Source: Myxococcota bacterium (GTDB lineage: Bacteria; Myxococcota_A; UBA9160; UBA6930). From it: 64,000 bases of DNA. Position 1 is the first letter of the stretch. Each line of letters starts with the position of its first letter. The position numbers and the translations under genes are program-made. The notes beneath the pieces were generated by a model that saw only the letters and a program-made list of their open reading frames with translations, was not told the origin of the DNA and did not search any database. Location of the stretch: the NCBI GenBank assembly GCA_965223705.1, contig OZ245015.1, forward strand, positions 1,312,001 to 1,376,000, written 5' to 3'. Positions 56,360 through 64,000 of this stretch are shown here, in pieces.

Positions 56360-58546
56360 ATGCCGTATTGGTTCCACGCCGAATCCGTCACCGCGGAGAT
56401 CGGTGGACGAACGCTTCGAATCGAAACCGGAAAACTCGCGAAGCAAGCCGCTGGTGCTTGCGTCGTCACCTACGGCGACACCGCCGTCTTGGCGACGGTC
56501 GCCTGCGCGAAGCCGCGCGAAGGCGTCGATTTCTTTCCGCTCACCGTCGACTTCGTCGAGAAGACATCGGCCGCCGGTAAGATTCCGGGTGGCTTCTTCA
56601 AGCGCGAAGCGCGTCTCTCGGATCGAGAAATCCTCGTCTGTCGATTCATCGACCGCGCGTGCCGTCCGCTCTTCGACGACGGTTATCGAGACGAGACACA
56701 AATCATCTGCACCGTACTCGCCGCCGACGGCGTGAACTCGCCCGACATCCCGGCCTTCATCGGAGCGTCGGCCGCCTTGTCGATTTCGGGCCTGCCCTTC
56801 AACGGACCGATCGGCGCCGTTCGTGTGGGCCGGGTCGGAGGTGACTTCGTCACGAACCCGACGCCCGAGCAGAAGGAAGGCAGCGACTTCGATCTCGTGG
56901 TTGCGGGCAGCCGAAAGGCCCTGGTGATGGTCGAAGGTGGGGCCGACGAAGCCACCGAGCCGGAAGTGCTCTCCGCTTTGCAGTTCGCGCACGGCGAGAT
57001 TCTCCCGCTACTCGACGTTCAAGAGGAGCTTGTCAAGAAGGCCGGCAAGCCGCGCATGGTGATGCCGGATTCGGCGGACCACAGCGCGCTCGAGCAACGG
57101 ATTCGCGGTGCTGCGGAAGCGAAGCTTTCCGAAGCGGTACGGATTACGACCAAGGCCGAGCGCTACGCCGCGATCGACGAAGTCGAGTCCGCGGTGGTCG
57201 ACGAAATCGTGAGCGAGTACCGCAAGGAGAAAGTGCCCCTCGACAGCCTCGAAGCCGTGGAGGAACGGCGCGCCGGGTTGCGGGAGCTTTCGGGCAACAC
57301 GAAGCACATCCTGCACGATCTCCGCTCAGAGCTGATGCGCGAGCGAATCCTGGCGGAAGGCGTGCGGATCGACGGACGCTCGGCGAAAGACATTCGACCC
57401 ATCGCCGCTGAAGTGCGCGCTTTCCCGCGCGCCCACGGCGCCGCGCTCTTTACCCGCGGCGAGACCCAGGCGTTGGTCTACGCGACGCTGGGCAGCGCGA
57501 GCGACGCGCAGACCATCGACGCACTGACGGAGCGAACGCAAAAGCGCTTCATGCTCCACTACAACTTCCCTCCGTTTTCCGTAGGCGAAGCCCGGTTCCT
57601 GCGCGGCGCCTCGCGACGCGAGATCGGGCACGGACATCTGGCGGAGCGCGCGATTGCGCAGGTTCTCCCCGACGAAGAGGACTTTCCGTACACCGTGCGC
57701 GTGGTCTCGGAGACGCTCGAGTCGAACGGTTCCTCGTCGATGGCTTCGGTTTGCGGGGCCACCCTGGCCTTGCTCGATGCGGGCGTCGAACTCAAGGCGC
57801 CGGTGGCGGGTATCGCCATGGGCCTCATCGAAGACGGCGACCGCTACGCGGTGTTGTCCGACATCCTGGGCGACGAGGACCACTTGGGCGACATGGACTT
57901 CAAAGTCGCCGGTACGACCAAGGGCGTCACCGCTCTTCAGATGGACATCAAGATCGACGCCGTGAACTGGAAGGTCATGGAAGAAGCCCTCGCCCAGGCG
58001 AAAGAGGGACGTCTTCACATCCTTTCGTGCATGGAGAGCGAGACCCGCGAACTCTTGGGCGGCGAGTTCGCGGCACGGGAAGATCTCTCGGAGTGGGCCC
58101 CGCGCCTCGAGGTGCTGCAGGTCAAGCCCGATCGTATCCGCGACATCATCGGGCCCGGCGGCCGCGTGATTCGCGGCATCCAGGACATGACCGGCGCGAA
58201 GGTCGATATCGACGACTCGGGCGAGGTCACCATCTTCTCGCCGGATCGCGCGGCGCTCGAACGCGCCCAAGCGATGATCGAAGAGCTGACCCAGGAAGCC
58301 GAGCTGGGCAAGACGTACTGGGGCAAGGTCAAGCGCGTGACCGACTTCGGCGCTTTCGTGGAGATCTTCCCGGGCACCGACGGATTGATCCACATCAGCC
58401 ATTTGGCCGAAGCGCGTGTGGAGAAGGTCACCGACGTCGTCGCCGAAGGGGACGAAGTGCTCGCCAAGTGCATCGATATCGATCCGAGCGGCCGCATCCG
58501 ACTGTCTCGGAAGGAAGCGCTCGCCGAGGCGATGACCGCCGACTAG
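56360..58546 (+). CDS. pnp: Polyribonucleotide nucleotidyltransferase
   Basis: FFPLTVD, GKIPGGFFKRE, RREIGHG, SNGSSSMAS, GDMDFKVAG, KH and S1 domains. Confidence 0.97.
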   Translation: MPYWFHAESVTAEIGGRTLRIETGKLAKQAAGACVVTYGDTAVLATVACAKPREGVDFFPLTVDFVEKTSAAGKIPGGFFKREARLSDREILVCRFIDRACRPLFDDGYRDETQIICTVLAADGVNSPDIPAFIGASAALSISGLPFNGPIGAVRVGRVGGDFVTNPTPEQKEGSDFDLVVAGSRKALVMVEGGADEATEPEVLSALQFAHGEILPLLDVQEELVKKAGKPRMVMPDSADHSALEQRIRGAAEAKLSEAVRITTKAERYAAIDEVESAVVDEIVSEYRKEKVPLDSLEAVEERRAGLRELSGNTKHILHDLRSELMRERILAEGVRIDGRSAKDIRPIAAEVRAFPRAHGAALFTRGETQALVYATLGSASDAQTIDALTERTQKRFMLHYNFPPFSVGEARFLRGASRREIGHGHLAERAIAQVLPDEEDFPYTVRVVSETLESNGSSSMASVCGATLALLDAGVELKAPVAGIAMGLIEDGDRYAVLSDILGDEDHLGDMDFKVAGTTKGVTALQMDIKIDAVNWKVMEEALAQAKEGRLHILSCMESETRELLGGEFAAREDLSEWAPRLEVLQVKPDRIRDIIGPGGRVIRGIQDMTGAKVDIDDSGEVTIFSPDRAALERAQAMIEELTQEAELGKTYWGKVKRVTDFGAFVEIFPGTDGLIHISHLAEARVEKVTDVVAEGDEVLAKCIDIDPSGRIRLSRKEALAEAMTAD

Positions 58547-58561
58547 GAGCCACCGACCGCC

Positions 58562-59026
58562 ATGGCGCCCCCCCCGCCCCGCGTCTCGATCAAGCGTGTT
58601 CCCGGCAACGAGGATCTCGCGCTGCCGGCGTACGCGACCCCGGGCGCGGCCGGCCTCGATCTGCCGGCGGCCGTCGGCCCGGGCTGCGTGATCAAGCCCG
58701 GAGAGCGGACCCGCGTGCCGACGGGCTTTGCGATCGCGCTGCCGGAGGGCTTCGAGGCGCAGATCCGTCCCCGAAGCGGCTTGGCGGCACGCACAGGACT
58801 CCTCATCCCGAACGCTCCAGGTACGATAGATTCCGATTACCGGGGGGAGATCCAAGTGCTTCTGTGGAACGCGGGTCCGGAGGAAGAGACGCTTTCGCGC
58901 GGCGATCGCATCGCTCAGCTGGTGATCGCTCCCGTCGTCCAGGTCGAACTCGTCCCGGTAGACGAACTTCCTGCCACCGAGCGGGGAGACGGCGGCTTCG
59001 GTCACACAGGTCAGGGAGCCCGGTGA
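58562..59026 (+). CDS. dut: dUTP diphosphatase
   Basis: [42 protein letters not shown]. Confidence 0.96.
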   Translation: MAPPPPRVSIKRVPGNEDLALPAYATPGAAGLDLPAAVGPGCVIKPGERTRVPTGFAIALPEGFEAQIRPRSGLAARTGLLIPNAPGTIDSDYRGEIQVLLWNAGPEEETLSRGDRIAQLVIAPVVQVELVPVDELPATERGDGGFGHTGQGAR

Positions 59027-60021
59027 GCGGTTCGTCCTCGGACGCCCCGCCGTTCCCGCCGCCGCTCGGCAGCGAACCGGTCCGCCCGCGCCCGCCCACT
59101 CCCGAAGGGCAGACGGGGCCGCGCAGGAATCACAGCAACCTGACGTTGCGCCTCGTCACGGCGGCACTTCTGATCCCGCCGGTCTTGTTCGCCATCTACC
59201 GAGGCGGCGCTTGGGTGCTCGGGTGCGTGGTCGCGGCGACGCTCCTCGCATTGCGCGAGTTCTACGATTTGATCGAAGAGAAAGGCGCGCATCCGATTCG
59301 CGGCTTCGGCTACGTCGCGGGCGCGGCTCTGCCCGTGCTGGCCTTCCTCGGCGCACAGGAACAAGCGCTCGTGCTGTTCACCCTCGTGTTGCTTTCGATG
59401 ATGCTGGTTCAGCTGACGAAGGCGCGGATCGGCGAGGCGTTGGGGAGTATCTCGGGCACGTTCTTCGGCGTCTTCTACATCGGGTGGTTGCTCTCCTATG
59501 CCGTGGTCTTGCGCGAGTTCCACGCCTCCGTAGCCAGCACGCGCTGGGGCGAGAGCCTCGCCGAGCGGATGCACCCCGAGGTCGGCGCTTTCTACCTCTT
59601 TTTCACCATCACGATCGTCGTTCTGGGCGACTGCGGGGCTTACTTTGCGGGTCGGGCGTACGGTCGACGTCGCTTGGCACCGCGGATCAGCCCCGGCAAG
59701 ACGGTCGAGGGCGCGCTCGGCGCCCTGGCCGCCGGAACCCTCGGTGGGCTGGCGGTGAAGGAGGCGTTCGACATTTTCGCTCCGGCGCTCTCCTACGAAC
59801 TTTCTTTCCCGATGGCCGGGGTCCTCGGGTTTCTCCTGGCACTGGTCGGGATGTTGGGAGATCTCGTCGAATCGCTTCTCAAGCGAGACGCGAAGGTGAA
59901 AGACAGCGGTCGATTGCTGCCCGGGACCGGCGGCGTACTCGACCGCATCGATTCAAACCTGTTGGCGATTCCGGTGATGTATCACCTGCTACTCGCCTAC
60001 ACCTACTTCAAGGTCGATTGA
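59023..60021 (+). CDS. cdsA: Phosphatidate cytidylyltransferase
   Basis: [40 protein letters not shown]; multiple TM; GTG 59023 overlaps the dut stop. Confidence 0.92.
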   Translation: MSGSSSDAPPFPPPLGSEPVRPRPPTPEGQTGPRRNHSNLTLRLVTAALLIPPVLFAIYRGGAWVLGCVVAATLLALREFYDLIEEKGAHPIRGFGYVAGAALPVLAFLGAQEQALVLFTLVLLSMMLVQLTKARIGEALGSISGTFFGVFYIGWLLSYAVVLREFHASVASTRWGESLAERMHPEVGAFYLFFTITIVVLGDCGAYFAGRAYGRRRLAPRISPGKTVEGALGALAAGTLGGLAVKEAFDIFAPALSYELSFPMAGVLGFLLALVGMLGDLVESLLKRDAKVKDSGRLLPGTGGVLDRIDSNLLAIPVMYHLLLAYTYFKVD

Positions 60022-60024
60022 TCG

Positions 60025-61332
60025 ATGATCGAACGCTACTCCCGACCCGAGATGTCGGCGATCTGGAGCGATCAGGGACGCTTCGAACGCTGGCTCGCGG
60101 TAGAAATCGCCGTCTGCGAAGTCCTCGCCGAACGGGGAGAGATTCCGGCAGAAGCGGTCGCCGAAATCCGCGAGCGCGCGAACTTTGATCCCGCCCGCAT
60201 CGCGGAGATCGAAGCCGAGGTTCGTCACGACGTCATCGCTTTTCTCACGAACGTCGCGGAATACGTCGGACCCTCGTCGCGGTTCGTGCACTACGGTATG
60301 ACCTCGAGCGACGTGCTCGATACGTCGCTGGCCCTCCAGATCCGCGATGCCGGGAAACTCCTCCTCGACGGGCTCGACCGCATGATTCGCGTGCTCCGCG
60401 AACGGGCGCTCGAGCACCGTCACACCGTGATGGTCGGGCGTACGCACGGCGTTCACGCAGAACCGACGACCTTCGGTCTCAAGTTGTTGGTTTTCTTCGA
60501 AGAGTTCCGCAGAGGGCGGAACCGTTTCGAGGCGGCCCTGGCCGAAGCTTCCGTGGGGAAGATCTCGGGCGCCGTCGGAACCTTCGCGCATCTCGACCCG
60601 GAGATCGAAGAGGCCGTCTGTCGGAAGCTGTCGATCGGCTTCGAGCCGGTGTCGACCCAAGTCGTGCAGCGCGATCGGCACGCGGCTTTCCAGACGGCCC
60701 TGGCCTTGATCGCCTCGACCATCGAAAAAGTGGCCGTCGAGTTCCGACATTTAGCGCGCACCGAAGTCGGCGAAGTGGAAGAGGAGTTCGGCAAAGGGCA
60801 AAAGGGATCGTCCGCGATGCCCCACAAACGAAACCCGTGGCGATTCGAGAACGTGACGGGTTTGGCGCGGCTCGTTCGAAACTACGCCGGCGCCGCCCTT
60901 GAAAACCAAGCCCTCTGGCACGAGCGCGACATCAGCAATTCTTCCGTCGAGCGCGTCATCTTCCCCGACGCGACCATCCTCGTCGATTTCATGTTGCACC
61001 GCATGGCGGGTTTGACGGAGAGCCTCGTGGTGCGGCCCGATCGCATGCGCGAGAACCTCGAGTTCTCGAGGGGATTGGTCTTCAGCGGTACGCTCCTGCT
61101 CGAGCTGTCGCGAAGCGGGATCTCGCGCGAAGAGGCCTACCGGTTGGTTCAGCGCCACGCCATGGACACGTGGGATCAGGGCGGATCGTTCCAGGATCGT
61201 ATCCACAGTGATCCCGAGATCGGCGCTCACTTGACCAAGGAAGAGATCGAACGGGCGTTCGATCTCGGGCACGCACTGCGCAACGTCGATCACATCTTCC
61301 GCCGCGTCTTGGGTTCGGAGTTCGCCTCATGA
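60025..61332 (+). CDS. purB: Adenylosuccinate lyase
   Basis: MIERYSR, HDVIAF, GRTHGVHAEP, GSSAMPHKRNP, WHERDIS. Confidence 0.97.
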   Translation: MIERYSRPEMSAIWSDQGRFERWLAVEIAVCEVLAERGEIPAEAVAEIRERANFDPARIAEIEAEVRHDVIAFLTNVAEYVGPSSRFVHYGMTSSDVLDTSLALQIRDAGKLLLDGLDRMIRVLRERALEHRHTVMVGRTHGVHAEPTTFGLKLLVFFEEFRRGRNRFEAALAEASVGKISGAVGTFAHLDPEIEEAVCRKLSIGFEPVSTQVVQRDRHAAFQTALALIASTIEKVAVEFRHLARTEVGEVEEEFGKGQKGSSAMPHKRNPWRFENVTGLARLVRNYAGAALENQALWHERDISNSSVERVIFPDATILVDFMLHRMAGLTESLVVRPDRMRENLEFSRGLVFSGTLLLELSRSGISREEAYRLVQRHAMDTWDQGGSFQDRIHSDPEIGAHLTKEEIERAFDLGHALRNVDHIFRRVLGSEFAS

Positions 61333-61580
61333 AGATGAAGTTCTGGGTATCGGTCACGCTCAAACCGGACGTTCTCGACCCTGAGGGAGTCGCCATCCAG
61401 AGGGCCGCTGTCGAACTCGGCCACGAGGGCGTGCAAAGTGTCCGGCAAGGGAAACTTTTCGAGATCGACCTCGTCGCGGAAGACGCAGAAGCGGCCGAAG
61501 CCCAAATAGGCGAGCTCGCCGACAAGCTGCTCGCCAACCCGGTGATCGAACGCTTTCAGATCGAGCGCGCAGAAGGCTAG
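61329..61580 (+). CDS. purS: FGAM synthase subunit PurS
   Basis: LKPDVLDPEG, VRQGK, LLANPVIE. Confidence 0.94.
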   Translation: MKMKFWVSVTLKPDVLDPEGVAIQRAAVELGHEGVQSVRQGKLFEIDLVAEDAEAAEAQIGELADKLLANPVIERFQIERAEG

Positions 61581-61589
61581 GGGGCTCTC

Positions 61590-62285
61590 TTGTTCGCGGT
61601 GCTTCAGTTCCCCGGATCGAACGACGACCGAGACATGGTCTTCGCGATGAAGAGCGTGCTCCAGGTGCCGACCCAACTCGCGTGGCACGGCGACAGCGAC
61701 CTCCCAGCGGGCACTCGCGGCGTTCTGCTTCCCGGTGGCTTCTCCTACGGCGACTATCTACGTTGCGGAGCCATGGCGCGTTTCTCGCCGATCATGGCAG
61801 CCGTGAAGCGCTTCTCCGAAGCCGGCGGTCCGGTGCTCGGCACGTGCAACGGTTTCCAGATCCTGTGCGAGTCGGGCCTTCTCCCCGGTGTATTGAGACG
61901 CAACCGCGACCTGCTCTTCATCTGCGGGGACGTCTCGCTGCGGGTTGAAGTACAAGCCGCGCCGTTCTCCTCGCGCGCCGCGGTCGGCCAGGTGCTGCGC
62001 ATTCCGATCAAGCACGGGGAAGGCGCGTACTTCGTCCCGCCCGAAGAACTCGAAACCTTGGAGGCGAACGGCCAGGTGCTCCTGCGCTACTGCGACGGCG
62101 AGGGTCGGGTCGACGGCGCGGTAAACCCCAACGGATCGGTCGCGAACATCGCCGGGGTGACGAACGCGGCGGGCAACGTGCTCGGCCTGATGCCCCATCC
62201 CGAACACGCGGTGGAGCCGAGCCTCGGTGGGACCGACGGCTTGGCGATTCTGGGCTCCGTCGTCGACGCGGTCCGCGCGTCGTGA
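61590..62285 (+). CDS. purQ: FGAM synthase glutaminase subunit PurQ
   Basis: [40 protein letters not shown]. Confidence 0.95.
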   Translation: MFAVLQFPGSNDDRDMVFAMKSVLQVPTQLAWHGDSDLPAGTRGVLLPGGFSYGDYLRCGAMARFSPIMAAVKRFSEAGGPVLGTCNGFQILCESGLLPGVLRRNRDLLFICGDVSLRVEVQAAPFSSRAAVGQVLRIPIKHGEGAYFVPPEELETLEANGQVLLRYCDGEGRVDGAVNPNGSVANIAGVTNAAGNVLGLMPHPEHAVEPSLGGTDGLAILGSVVDAVRAS

Positions 62286-64000
62286 AGGAGCCCCGCGTCG
62301 ATCTCGAGCTCGCGCTGGAGCACGGCCTCACGCCGGAAGAGTACGCGCAGATCGAAGACATCCTGGGCCGAGTGCCGAGTTTCTCGGAGCTCGGGATTTT
62401 CTCGGTCATGTGGTCGGAGCACTGCTCTTACAAATCGAGCAAGCGACACCTGAAAGCTCTTCCGACGTCGGCGCCCCACGTGTTGCAGGGACCGGGAGAG
62501 AACGCCGGCGCGATCGACCTGGGGGACGGACTGGCGGCGGTCTTCAAGATCGAAAGTCACAACCACCCTTCGTTCATCGAGCCGCGCCAGGGCGCCGCAA
62601 CCGGGGTCGGCGGCATCATCCGCGACATCTTCACCATGGGCGCGCGCCCGGCCGCTTCACTCGATTCCATTCGGTTCGGGCCGCTCGACGATCCGCTCCA
62701 CCGAAGGCTCCTCCGCGGCGTTGTCGAGGGGATTGGCGCTTACGGCAATTGTGTGGGCGTCGCGACGGTCGGGGGCGAGACCACGTTTCACCCCTGCTAT
62801 CGCGGAAACATCCTCGTGAACGCCATGAACGTCGGCGTGGTCGCGGCAGATCGGATCTTCCTGGCGCGTGCGCCGGGCGTGGGCAATCCCGTGATCTACG
62901 CCGGTGCGAAGACCGGTCGCGACGGAATTCACGGCGCGAGCTTGCTCGCTTCCGCGGAATTCGGCGAACAGGACGAAGACAAGCGCCCGACGGTCCAAGT
63001 CGGCGACCCGTTCACCGAGAAGTGCCTCATCGAAGCCTGCCTCGAACTCATGCAGACCGAGCACATCGTCGGCATCCAAGACATGGGCGCGGCGGGCCTC
63101 ACGTGTTCGTCTTTCGAAATGGCTTCGAACTCGGGAACGGGAATCGAGATGGATCTCGATTCGGTTCCGCGTCGCGCCGAAGGCATGACACCCTACGAGC
63201 TCCTCCTCTCCGAAAGTCAGGAGCGGATGTTGTTGGTGGCGCGCGACGGCTCCGAAGATGCGGTGTGCGAAGTGTTCCGCCGTTGGGGACTCGACGCGAC
63301 GGTGGTGGGTCGTGTGACCGATAGCGGACGGATGCGCGTCCGTTCAGGCGGTCGCGTGGTCGTCGACATCCCCGTCGATCCGGTCGCGGCGAGCTCCCCG
63401 GAACTCGACCGCGAGTTCCGCGAGCCGGCCGATTTGGGGGAGCGCCAGAAGCTCGATCTCGCGTCGATCGCACCGGAAGAAGCGCCCGCCGAAGCCCTGG
63501 AAGCGCTCCTCGCGGATCCGAATTTCTCCTCGAAGGCCTGGGTGTATCGCCAGTACGACCAGCTCGTGCAGGGCAACACGCTCGTGGGTCCCGGCTCTGA
63601 CGCAGCGGTCGTCCGCGTGAAACGCGACGGCGAGGCGACGGACAAGGCGCTCGCGATCTCGGTGGATTGCAACCCGCGCCATTGTTGGCTCGACCCCTAC
63701 CAGGGCGCGGTCGGCGCCGTCGCCGAGGCGGCGCGGAACGTCGCCTGCACGGGGGCGACCCCCCTCGCGGTGACGAACTGTCTGAACTTCGGGAACCCCG
63801 AGAAGCCCGAGATCATGTGGGAGCTCCGTCAGGCGATCGCCGGGTTGGGCGATGCCGCAGCGGCTTTGGGAACTCCGGTCGTCTCGGGCAACGTGTCGCT
63901 CTACAACGAAACCCACGGGAGCGCGATCTACCCGACGCCGACCATCGGCATGGTCGGCTTGCTCGAGCCCCTCGAGTGCTGCGTCGGCAGCCACTTTCCC
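62282..64000 (+). CDS. purL: FGAM synthase subunit PurL (runs off the window)
   Basis: Manual translation from GTG 62282: [56 protein letters not shown]. Confidence 0.96.
   Translation, partial: MKEPRVDLELALEHGLTPEEYAQIEDILGRVPSFSELGIFSVMWSEHCSYKSSKRHLKALPTSAPHVLQGPGENAGAIDLGDGLAAVFKIESHNHPSFIEPRQGAATGVGGIIRDIFTMGARPAASLDSIRFGPLDDPLHRRLLRGVVEGIGAYGNCVGVATVGGETTFHPCYRGNILVNAMNVGVVAADRIFLARAPGVGNPVIYAGAKTGRDGIHGASLLASAEFGEQDEDKRPTVQVGDPFTEKCLIEACLELMQTEHIVGIQDMGAAGLTCSSFEMASNSGTGIEMDLDSVPRRAEGMTPYELLLSESQERMLLVARDGSEDAVCEVFRRWGLDATVVGRVTDSGRMRVRSGGRVVVDIPVDPVAASSPELDREFREPADLGERQKLDLASIAPEEAPAEALEALLADPNFSSKAWVYRQYDQLVQGNTLVGPGSDAAVVRVKRDGEATDKALAISVDCNPRHCWLDPYQGAVGAVAEAARNVACTGATPLAVTNCLNFGNPEKPEIMWELRQAIAGLGDAAAALGTPVVSGNVSLYNETHGSAIYPTPTIGMVGLLEPLECCVGSHFP

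Noticed and set aside
57751..60021. 756-aa ORF as a cdsA fusion
   Set aside because: The upstream part is an alternative frame over pnp/dut; cdsA begins at about 59023

Overview
High-GC bacterial chromosomal window. The gene content (giant TPR protein with a PilZ partner, TPR-Ser/Thr kinase, DnaK paralog, PEP-CTERM proteins, sigma54 system) suggests Myxococcota or a related deltaproteobacterial lineage, which is an inference. Left part (1-28 kb) is accessory and metabolic: LysR, CmcJ/NvfI-type oxygenase, GST, DAHP synthase, an exported msrB-msrA-thioredoxin-MBL cluster, a coxMSLG-like molybdoenzyme, two convergent PEP-CTERM zinc peptidases, a TPP decarboxylase, an orphan rplX-rpmG pair, aroE, purE, UDG, a thioredoxin-octaheme cytochrome c fusion and a DnaK paralog/J-TPR pair. 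Right part (28-64 kb) is largely core: yebC-ruvCAB, TPR kinase, lpxC, PilZ with a 2.6k-aa TPR protein, ntrYX-rimI-pyrKD, rimP-nusA-infB-DUF503-rbfA-truB-rpsO-pnp-dut-cdsA-purBSQL. No tRNA, rRNA, CRISPR or transposase was seen. Most notable observations: (i) a 32-bp tandem repeat that forms a chain of stop/start-overlapping 11-codon mini-ORFs between ruvA and ruvB, (ii) the exported redoxin-redoxin-octaheme fusion followed by a UDG that appears to start at CTG, (iii) rplX outside the spc operon next to a zinc-free rpmG, (iv) a consensus sigma54 promoter before lpxC, (v) an antisense gene nested inside the msr cluster with start codons sharing one CATG palindrome. All product calls come from recognising motifs by eye; no database searches were run.
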